The notes below the pieces were generated by a model, which saw only the letters and a program-made list of their open reading frames with translations, did not search any database and was not told the origin of the DNA. Below are positions 52,137 to 64,000 of a stretch of DNA of 64,000 nucleotides, one piece after another; positions within the stretch are counted from its first letter, which is position 1; the number at the start of each line of letters is the position of its first letter. The translations under genes and the position numbers were made by a program. Source of the stretch: the human T2T-CHM13v2.0 reference genome, Homo sapiens. The DNA lies in assembly GCF_009914755.1 (NCBI RefSeq), contig NC_060928.1. The stretch is one strand, 5' to 3'.

Positions 52137-54161
52137 TTAAAGGAATAAGTTCATACAGCATTTGATTTATTATTTTAGGATGTGATACATAATATTTATA
52201 ACTCCTAATGATATTCTTTAATTATTGGTAATTATATTGTATCCATGTAGACTCACACATTTTTAAAGCCTAGCAGATATGATGCATTAACTATTCAAAA
52301 GCCATGATTTTTCTTTTTTTCTTCTTTGCATAGCAATCTGCTGCCTAGAGACTATGGGGACTTTGAAAGTAAAAAATAAAATACATTGAATTAAATTAAA
52401 TATATATATTTTTTAAATCCCAGCCCCCTCAAAGATAAGGTTAGCAATGCAATATGTTAAGGTTCATAATTAATCCCTTATAAGCGTGCTCAAATCTGTT
52501 GTCTTTTGCCCTAAGTGGAACTCACTAGGTTCAAACCAAGATTCAGACCACTCAGGTGAGGAAACTGAGGAGAGAAAATATTCCCAAATAAATATTTTAA
52601 AGACCTTGAATAAAGACAACTTTGGCCTTTCTGATTTATTTATGCCAGAATTGTGAATGTAGGGCCTAGAAGTACAGTAGACTCCAGCAATATGAGAATT
52701 AAATCATATCCTAATGAAAGAAGGAGAACCTGTTTCCTCGATAGCAAGGCAGAGCTGCAATACTACATCCAAATTGTCTTATCCCTTAACTTATTTGTTA
52801 AGTAATATAAATGAACTCATTATCTGCTTTTTGTTATCCATAGTGGATTACACTAACATATGTTTTAAAGATTCACATCACTTTGTCATATAATAGATCT
52901 TTATATCAATGTTCATGGAATTCTACATTCCAAAATCATAAGAATTATAATCCCTGAAATATTGAAGGATTATATTTACTATAGTCATGCTATATCTAAA
53001 GTATGTATTATATAAAATAACATCAATACTAATAATAAACACTTTTAATGAAAACCATTCAAATATTTAATGTAATATTTTTTGTCCGTAAGTAGTACCC
53101 ATTAATACATGACAACTTTTATAAATAAAAACATTTCCCACTTATATACATTACCATTTATTTATTTCTTTGAATTATGCTTAAATCTGCATAGCCATTA
53201 TACACATTTTATCATTATGTGACAAATCCACATTATACATATTAGAAATTTGAGTACATACAACAAATATTGTCTCTTTAATATCCAAGAAACTAGTCAG
53301 ATCTATATATATTGTTTGTTTAGTGTTCTCAAAATATCAAAAACATCCAATTCAATGCATGATATTTTATGAAATTTGCAGTTAATTTAAAAATTGACCA
53401 GTAGTTACAGATGAATACTATTTTTCATTTTGTTTCTAGACACTTTAATCAACCTGCTGGCATGTTGGGATCAATCACTCGTGCCAGTTGTGTTCATTCA
53501 TCTTTGTCCTGCCATTCATCCTATGGCAGCAAGGAGCACACTGTGTAATTGAATTTGGTTGAAATCTAATATAAGAGCAAACTGTGACACAGTAGTTATA
53601 ACCAGTTTGATTGAAAAATGTGAGCACATGTTTTTGTTAGTTGCTTGCAGGAAGAGGAATAGTAAACTGCATTCTGTAATAGTACCATAAATGAGAGCTT
53701 TAGGGAAAAGGCACACACATGCTTTAGGATATACCAAGTGTTCATGAATTCTCACTTGAAAATTAAAGAGAGTGAGAGGAAAGAGAGCAATGAGAGCAAT
53801 ACAGTGTTTATAGACTATAAGGAAATAAGGCTTAAGCTTAGAAATTTTCCAGGTTGTATAAATAATATAATGCCTTAGATGTTTTTATAAGCACTATCAT
53901 GTGTTTAGAAAATTCATGTGATGCAGTAAAGTTCCCTGTTTTAGAGATTCAGAGAGTCTGAAAATTATATTTATATTGACATATCTATAAATCTACAGCT
54001 ATATCTATATCTATGTGTAGTCGTGTTCTGCAGCAAAGTTTTGCCTCTGGTTGTGTTTTTTTAAAGTTAATTTTGAAATCTGACCAAAGCTAGTCTATAT
54101 GGATAAGAATAATCACCTTGAATTATTTGTTTTTATATTTGAGGCTAGTAACAAGTTTCTT

Positions 54162-54631
54162 TGTGAAGCAAGTTCACTGTGCACTGGTCTTCAACTTGTC
54201 TCTCTGTCTTGTGAGGCGAACACACTCATACACAGCAAGTAACAGGAAGTGGATTTATTGCTTCCATGTAGGTAACAAGGGCAAACAGAAGCCTAGGACC
54301 CATTGTCAGCTAGTCCCTCACAGCTTAAGAAAGTTTCCTGGGTCAGAGGGAGACTCAGCTGCATGTGCCCCACTAGCACAACCATTCAGAGACCCTGATA
54401 GGGAGTCCACTCTGGTTTATAGTCCTCAGGAGCCATGTGACAGATTGTGAAAAGCTTCGAAGGACCTTCTGCTTCCAGAAGAGAATAACAAAGCCTGGAC
54501 TCTCTCAAGTAGTTTATTCCTATCTTATAATAATGCATTCCCAGCAAATTTTACAGTTAGTTTTTAGAACCACAAGAAAGGGAGGGAAGACAAATGGGTC
54601 CGTCCAAGGCCACCTGGGGAACTATCATGCC
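54162..54631 (-). mobile_element. 3' LTR (LTR47/LTR53-like)
   Basis: TGTGAAGCAAGTTCACTGTGCACTGG..CCAAGGCCACCTGGGGAACTATC; PPT-like GGTCAGGAGATGAAT adjacent. Confidence 0.8.
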
Positions 54632-54699
54632 ATTCATCTCCTGACCCAAATATCTCCCTTAGCAGAGCTAGTGCATGTCATAGAACCATTGACCTCCAA

Positions 54700-56060
54700 G
54701 ACCTGGAGGCAGAGATTTGTCATGTCATATAGATATAACACTTTCTCTGACACAATCCTAGTGTAGAATCATTAAGTCATGACCAGAATACACGTTGCTG
54801 AGCTCAGGAGACTTACCCTCATGAGCAGGATGGCCAGGCCTTCCTGAAACAGTGACCTACCCCAGGGCCATAGTGATCTAGTTCTTCTTTGACCTTATAA
54901 GTGGAGGTCAAAGAAGAATCCCATGAGTGGCCCCACCCTCTACAGCCAGGAGAAAACCTGCTTTGGTATCTTCTCTACTTGTGTTTCTATAATACAAGAC
55001 GTGTTTATCCAGGTATAGTAAGGGGTGTTGGCAATTACATACATTCCTCCAAGTTTGGTTAAAAAAGGTCACAATAATTCTGTTGTTTAAAACAACTTTC
55101 CCAAGGGAGTTGAAGGATGTCTGCTGGGCTGCCAAGGCAGTGGCAATGAAGGAAGTAATATCTGCCATGGTCAGAAACTGGTTTATTATTATTTTCTTGA
55201 GCACTGACTCCTATGTATGGTACCAAAGATCTCACTGAGGACATAAACCTAGAGTCAGTTATACCTCCTGGCATGTTCTTAGTAAGTGTGGAATAAATCT
55301 TTTGGATGCTGGCCCAGTGGTGCCTCTCATTCCTAAGGTTGATATCCAGGGCCACCCTCAGTGTGTCCAATGTGCAGTATCCCACCATTGGCCAGTATGG
55401 TAGACATGACATTTTCCATTCATATTTTGGTTGCTCCTGACTACTTGTAGAGAAAAATGTAGCCCTCAACTGAGATGGAGGCACACTGCACTCCTTTCCT
55501 CATTATATTGCTGAGTGATCCATTTATGAGTATGAAAGCATTGGCAATTATAACCAAGTCTCATTGACTACAGAGTTGCATAAATTCAGTTCACCCATAT
55601 GATATTGCTCATGAAGACCCTGTATAGAGGGCTAGAAACAGTCCAGTCCTTGTTTTTCTTGTCACTGCTGGGACACTCCTCCATGTAATCAAAGGAGTTT
55701 TGTGCATCAAAGTACTAGCCCACTACACTTTTGTTAGCTGTGGCGATGGCACTCTGCTACAGAGTCAAGTAAGTTAAAATAGGGCACCTCCAGTTGCCTC
55801 CCATGTGGCGGGTGCCAGGTCTTCACTCAGTAAATCAAGGTTCAGGTTCTGTTGATTTGCGTATAACACAGCATTAGGAATGCTATTGTAGTTTATCACC
55901 ATCAGGAAAAGTTGTTTCCTCTGGTTGATAAAAAAAAAATGAGGTCTAAGATGACAGATCCAGCATTTTGTCAGATTAACCATGGTGGCCACAGCTTTGG
56001 AGATCCTAACAGGTGTTATGCTTTTAGGCCTTTGTTACCTCATTGTTGTGAAATAAGCAT
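54700..56060 (-). pseudogene. env: Gamma-type env remnant
   Basis: NLTKCWICH (CXXC); AAQQTSFNSLGKVVLNNRI (ISD); GGMYVIANTPYYTWINTS (degenerate CX6CC). Confidence 0.88.
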
Positions 56061-56594
56061 ATTGACAGTTTAGTGCTCAACCTTCCACTCCTCTTGGCGT
56101 CTCTGGTGTTCCCTACATATTTCACAGGAGTTGAGCCAAGTCGGTGTGGAAAACCAGTTTGTCTGTATCTGCTCTAAGGCTACTAACTCTGGTGGCACCC
56201 TTTCTCTTATTGCTTGATTCAGACCTTTCAGCCTCAATTGTCTAGTCCATGAAGGAAGGGAGGTCACATCTTGTACAAACTTGACATGTCTGATAGCATC
56301 ATTAAACTGACTGGAGGTATCACATGCCCTCAGCAACACTAGAGGAAACCTAGCACCTGGCTATTCCTTACTTGCATCCCCCATTTTTATGAGATCCCAT
56401 AAATGGGAGGCACCCTGCAGAAGCATCACTTCCAGGTTAGTGTTATGGGACTCTGCTGTGGTACTATAGCAGCCTGAGCCACAAACCACCCCCAAGACAT
56501 ACAGTGTAAAGGAAAAACAACAAAGAATGATTGTAAACACTGAGATTGGCATTTTGCTGGCACAGCATAATCAGGTGGTTGACTTGTCCACATC

Positions 56595-57006
56595 TGTGTT
56601 AGTCAGTTTTTGTGTTTCTATAAAAGAAAAAAAAACCTGAGGTTGAATAATTTATAGTGAAAACATGTTTTATTTTGGCCTGTGGATCTTCAGGCTGTAC
56701 AAAAAACATAGTGCTGCTGTCTGCATCTGGTGAGGACCTCAGGGAGCTTCCGATTATCCAGAAGATAAGGGAGGAGTCAGTGTATCACATGGCGAGAGTA
56801 GGAGCAAGACAGAGAGTAGGGGGAGGTCCCTGACTCTTTTAAACAACCAAATCACACATGAACTGAGCAAGCACTTATCACCAAGGGGACTGGTGCTAGA
56901 CCATTCATGAGAGATCCACCACCATGATTCCAATTACCTCCCATCAGGACCTGCCTCCAGCATTTCATCATGAGATTTGGAGGGTACAAACATTGAAACC
57001 ATATCA
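56595..57006 (-). mobile_element. MSTB-like LTR nested in the provirus
   Basis: TGTGTTAGTCAGTTTT..AAACCATATCA; perfect TSD ACATC. Confidence 0.87.
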
Positions 57007-57009
57007 ACA

Positions 57010-59000
57010 TCCACCTCCACTAAGCTCAGTGGTGCTCAACATGAGCCGTAGTGTCATGTTTTCTTTACATTAGAGTGCAGTGTTTAGTGTCCATATTGCC
57101 CCAGTCAGAGGTAGGAGGTACCATCTCACTGGTGGTCTGTCCTGACGTCCTTCTCTCATTTGCTTTATGATTCAGATGTTTGTAAATTAAAATCTTCTTT
57201 AGCTCATAAATGACAGAGTGTATGAAAAGTCCATTGTGCTCCGTGGGAGTGTGACCTTTGTCATGTTGCTTGGGAAATGAAGAATGTTCTTTGGTTAGAG
57301 TGAAGCCTCCTGGAGTATCCAAAAAACATTATATAAGTTCCTCTCCAGAATGGCTGTGGTAGTTCCAGTGTCCACATGAGTCATATATGTTTGTCCCTTC
57401 CAGTTAGGAAACTGATGTGATAATCCTTATCCCCAACACAGAATCCTTTAATAGTCCAGTCACTCAGTTGCCATTTTCCTGACCATATGGCTAGACTATT
57501 GGCAATGGCTCATGGGTCAGTAAAATTGTAGCAAGATATGGTAGTAAGGAATGGCCTGCATGACCATCACCATTTCATGTAGTTTATTCCACTGGGCAGG
57601 AGGTCGTCTCCAGTCTCAGATAAAAGATAGCCTTCTACCTGCCAGATGGCAGCCCAGCCTAATAGACCCTATTCACCTGTTATTTCACAGAGCCATCAGT
57701 TAGTCATGCCATACCATCATGATTCATGTCTGTAAATCTTAGGCCCCAGATAGTCACAGGAGGAGCCACAACACCTTCTACAGGTTTCTCAGTCCCTTAT
57801 GATAAGCTAGTCACCTTTTCACGGAGCCTATTAGTCCCTTGAGGTCCTGGCTGGGACAAATCCTGAATGTACTGATTCCATTTGATAACTGAGTTCTGTT
57901 GAGCCTGTCTTATTTTACCGGCGGTTTTTATGAGCTGTCAGGTAAGAAAGGGAAGTTCATGTTGCGTGTCACATATGACATTCCAGCTATAAAAGAATCA
58001 TTCTTAACTATTGCTCAATAGCAAGCAAGGAGTTACCATTTAATAGGGTTACATCTGGGGCTGTCTGCCTCAGGCAACTTACGTGTCTAAAATCTGAGAG
58101 GTTGTTGCACACTAGTGACAATTTTCTGTTGTTATAAACTTCAATTATCACATATGGGTATTGAGAAAACTTGTAATTCCATCGGGCTAGTAGGCTTTCA
58201 GTGTTATAAAGAAAGTGCCTGTGCTGCAGCTTATTGAATGGCTTCTAAAACCTGCTGTTACCAGGGGCTCCATTAAAACTCCATGGCTGTGTTGGTCACT
58301 TTGACTAAAGAGGCCAAAAGAACAGGTGGGTTGCATGCTTGTATCTGCTACTCAAAGAGACCTACCAGCTGTTAAGTATTCTTTTTATTAATGGGTGTCT
58401 CCCGAATTAAAAAGTTTTGTTTGACTGTATCTGGAATACTTGTTTTGGCTACCCACCCAAGTGGCCTTGGCATTCAGTCTGTGATAGTCCATTGTTAGTC
58501 TCAAAGCCCCAGACACCTTTTTGACCAGCCATACTGGGCTGTTACTGCCATGACTGGGCAGTTTGTACCAAGTCCTAAATTTAAAAAGGAATCCTTCATT
58601 TAATACACATTACTGTTTTGATGAATGACCCTTTAGGGATTAGGTAGCTTAGATATTAGGCAAGAGAAGATTATGACCCACTATTATGGCTCAAATTCTT
58701 AGTAGTTAAGGTGCATACCTCCTCAGGCAGCAGAAATGTTATATGCCACAGCAACCAAAATGTTAGTGCCTATAATGCATTTAGCAGTGGGAACCATGGT
58801 CACTGGCATCTAAAATGACACAAAGACCCCTATTTTCTGTAGATAAGCACCATGAGTCACTGTGTGTATCCCAAACTTCCCAATGTCATCAGTTTAATTT
58901 TTCCTCTAAAGGGATCTGGAAATATTATCACATGGGTTCCAGTATCCAAAAACACCAGAAAAAATCTGAATTACCTTCTGTTCTTTTCTTACCTTGACAA
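57010..59000 (-). pseudogene. pol: pro-pol remnant with deletions
   Basis: FLDTGTHV (DTG at 58938-58946); NSPVWLVKK..RLTMDYHRLN; IPDTVKQ..QLVGLF; TDGS; AIWTLN. Confidence 0.78.
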
Positions 59001-59609
59001 GATTACTGGATCATTGACCTCTAGTTGGGTACCCAGAGACCTTGGCCCCATTTCTAACTGTGCCATTTAGCCCAGGACATTTAGATTTGCAATATTTCTT
59101 TATCAGACACATTAACCCACTTGCATGAGACTTCCTATCTTTGTAGATGTAGACTTTGTCTACATCTATCCAAGAGATAGTGAGTTTCCCTTTCTGTGTA
59201 GGTCCTCATCTTGCATGTGGGTTCCCTATCAGATGCCCCAAGGACCATTTGAAGACCTCTGCCTAATTCCCTCTCAGGTACCTGAGGGTCTATCCGAGTA
59301 CCCATTTCCCCAGATCTCTGGCACTAAAAATGAACAATAACATAAGTGCCCAATAATCAGAGAATCTAGCCTGTTTCCCTGTTTTCACATGGCTTTTTCT
59401 CTGTCCCAATCCATGTAGCCAGCTCACTCACATCTGCAGGGGCTTGAGGGGAGACTGATGTTCCCCTTATTAACCTTGTCCCCCATAAAACATCCAACTG
59501 CATGTTCGCCACTTGCACCTCCAGGCTAATGTCTCCACCCTGGGTTGGGTACTGGGAGGTTATATCACCTCCTCTGCTTCAACATTAAGCTATGTTTCTG
59601 TCAGACTGC

Positions 59610-59627
59610 ATCCTGCTCACTGTATCA
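59610..59627 (-). promoter_or_regulatory. Primer-binding site, tRNA-Ser-like
   Basis: TGATACAGTGAGCAGGAT versus TGGCGCTGTGAGCAGGAT (tRNA-Ser(CGA) complement), 14/18. Confidence 0.65.
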
Positions 59628-59631
59628 ATTT

Positions 59632-60952
59632 TTTAAAGCAGATTTACTCTGCACTGTTTTCCAACTTGTCTGACTGGGTGAGGCAGAACCACTTATATGG
59701 AGCAAGTTACATCATGAGACAGATTTAGTACTTACAAGTAGTCAGAAAAGGACAGAAGAAGAAGCCTAGGATGCATTGTGAACCAATCCCCCAAGGCTCA
59801 AGAAAGCTGCCCATGGTGGGTGGTTTCTCAACTGTACATGCTCCACTTACGTCATAGGTGAAAGGTCCTGAAAGGCAGCTTGCCCTGGGTTATATACCTC
59901 AGGGCAACATGACCCACCAACTAAAGCTTTGAAGAACAACTTGCCTCCAGAGGAGAAAGGAACAAAATCTGTGTTTTTTCAGACTAGAGGTAGTTTCTCT
60001 CTACCTCAATATGTATTCCTGGGAAGGGAAAGGAACAAGGCCTGGGCTGTGTCAGGCTGCTCCTCCCTATCTCAGGAGGTTGCATTCCCAGCACATTCTC
60101 AAATTGGCAGAGTTGTTTCCTTATCTTCCTCGCAGGGCATGCGACAGGGGTGTGGCTCGCTTCTTTAGTGCGCAGCTGCTAAAACCCCTAGCTGGAGCAT
60201 GCAGACGGGCAGGCCTTGCGGAGCGTTTTTGGGTTCAGACCCCACAGCAGCATCTAGGGCTGAGCATTTACAGCTCCTGAAGCCCCAGTAGGCGTGTGTT
60301 ACAGTTCGCGCTTTCTGCTTTGCCATCGGCAGGCAGCTTGTGTTTATCAGCACAGTTAGACCCTCTGTCATATGGCAATCACAGAGGACTTTCTGTATCC
60401 CAGGTTCTTGCCCTGGGGTACCAGAAAAATTGGATCACACGGGGCTTGGAGGATGGGTGTAAAGTTTTATTGAGTAGTTCTCAGTGAGATGGATGGGCAG
60501 GCCAGAAGGGGGATAGAGACGGAAGATGGTCTTCCCCTGGAGACATGCTGCACAGAGGCCGGACTTTCTTCCAACCACCCCCAACTGAATTCCATGTTGT
60601 CCCACCTCGATGGCCTGCCTTTGTCTGCTGCTGTGCTCTTCTGCTCCTTTCGAGTCCAGTTGCTTGTGTCTGCCTGGTAAAGGTCTCAGGCTTACATGGG
60701 CAGAGGATGGGGGTTGTGGCAGGCCAAAACGCAGCTTTTCTGGCACAAAAACAGAAATGCTTGTCCTTACTTAGGTCCGTGGGCACAGGCCTGAAGGTGG
60801 AACCCTCGCCAGGACCTCCACCCTACTCTACCCAGCACTTCCCTGTCTCCCCGCCTCCGTATCAATTCTATAGTTATTCTTGAGAACCACAAGCAATAAA
60901 GAGTAGAGAACTAATCAAGTTGGTCTAAGGCCAACTGAAGAACTATCCAGTG
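59632..60952 (-). mobile_element. 5' LTR interrupted by an LTR1-like element
   Basis: Homologous to 54162-54631 (CCAACTTGTCT, GAAGCCTAGGA, GCATTCCCAGCA, GAACCACAAG, AAGGCCA..GAACTATC). Confidence 0.8.
60099..60864 (-). mobile_element. LTR1-family solo LTR (HUERS-P2 group)
   Basis: Minus strand TGATACGGAGGCGGGGAGACAGGGAAGTGCTGGGTAGA..; perfect 4-bp TSD ATTC. Confidence 0.82.
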
Positions 60953-61681
60953 TTCTCCATTCCACTTTCAATCTAGGCTAAAAGTAAATCTCTTCAGAGT
61001 ATTTGAGTCTATGTTATACACATTGTATTCAATACATTGTTTTATACTACTTTCTGGATTATGTTTAATTTTTCATTTTCAATTGTTGAATGTTATTTCT
61101 TATTATGTAACTATATCCTTGTCTTAAGTAAGTAAATGTGTACTTGTTGATTGCAAAATAATTAAGACTACATTCTGAGATAAAATATACTCAGAAAACA
61201 CGTATTTCTAATGGATTTGTTTCAGTGAAAAATAACCATTTTTGCTGTATTTTTTTTTTTTTTGGTTTAAACTTCCTTTTATTTTAATAATTCTTAAAGA
61301 TTCAGGTAGTTTTGAAAGATCTCTTATCTCAGATTATAGAGACTATATTATATTACATGGACATTCTGTTTTAGGTAGCATATTATGGTCTTCTACAGAG
61401 TTTAACTTAAAGTGTACAAGTAGGTGAGGAATCTAGTTGACATCAAGAATTATTGTTGCTCACCTGTAGTAAGAAAGAAATTTTATCTTTTCTCAAAAAT
61501 CTCTGAAATTTTAGGAAAATGTATTATATGGATATGATTTAAAACATGTCCTTTCCCCACAAAGAACAAATTCTAGAAGTTATAAGCAAGGCTAAACTAT
61601 AATTAATGAGAAAAATAATTTAATACCACTTTCTTAATTTCTATCCCATATGGAATATTTTTTATTATTTTTATTTCAATT

Positions 61682-63489
<1,808 letters not shown>

Positions 63490-64000
63490 GAACATATTTT
63501 CAAGTATCTTCCAATTCTAACATTTGATGAGTCCGTGACTATATTCCTATATAAATTACCTAACTTATTTCTCAATGATTTATCGTACCTGAATATTTTA
63601 TGTTTTATTTTGTTTCTTTAAATTTTATGATACATTTGACTGATTACATCTTTTTTATCCATTTTAAATACCATTTTTATTATTGTTATTTGATTTTCTG
63701 TGGCGAGCAAATGAAAAGGAAGGCTTACAAGAATATATTTTTCCTTCTATATAACCCTATTAAGTATGAGGTTTATCTTCTTTCATTCCCTCACCTCCTG
63801 TGTGGTTAAGCGATTGGAGGGAAGAATGTGGAACAAAAAATACACCTAGTTCATTGTCCCTACACAGAACTCTTTAAAAGACTACTTTGAGAGAACAGCT
63901 TAGATTAACTGGTTTTTCTTGTGGTTGCTCTGTTTTATTTTGTTTAAATTTACATTTTGATCTGCCTGTAACATCTTATAATTTATAAAAAACAACAAAT

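Larger units (their letters stand above)
54162..60952 (-). mobile_element. Class III (ERVL/HERV-S-like) provirus with two LTR47/LTR53-like LTRs
   Basis: Related LTRs at both ends, PBS, PPT, pro/RT/RH/IN/env remnants; 5-bp TSD TTCTT/TTCTC. Confidence 0.82.

Noticed and set aside
53000-53410. Possible Charlie/hAT fragment
   Set aside because: Too degenerate to call by eye
60296-60883. Cluster of overlapping 60-112 aa ORFs
   Set aside because: GC-rich LTR1 sequence with few stop codons; no protein similarity recognised

Overview
Primate (very probably human) AT-rich, CpG-poor genomic DNA that looks like gene desert or deep intron. I found no supportable host exon, RNA gene or CRISPR array. The longer ORFs in the track are retroelement debris. 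Most of the window is transposable elements: several Alus (J, Sc, Sx, Y), old and young L1s, L2, MIR, MaLR LTRs (THE1, MST, MLT1), DNA transposons (MER2, MER113) and a solo HERV-H LTR7. It also holds three minus-strand endogenous retrovirus remnants: (1) an ERVL/HERV16-like half provirus at ~13.1-16.4 kb; (2) a ~8.9-kb MER4E-LTR class I (epsilon-like/MER4-group) provirus at ~37.1-45.9 kb with readable gag-pro-pol; (3) a class III (LTR47/LTR53-like, Ser-PBS) provirus at 54.2-61.0 kb with a gamma-type env. The most notable observation is the env of provirus 2. It is not gamma-type: no ISD or CX6CC was found, and it has a short N-terminal subunit, a KLKR/DLAGGVGAGLGIL cleavage site and fusion peptide, and a long Cys-containing membrane-anchored subunit. 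This suggests a foamy/loki/paramyxovirus-F-like envelope carried by a class I genome. All family and subfamily names come from remembered consensus sequences and need RepeatMasker/Dfam confirmation.
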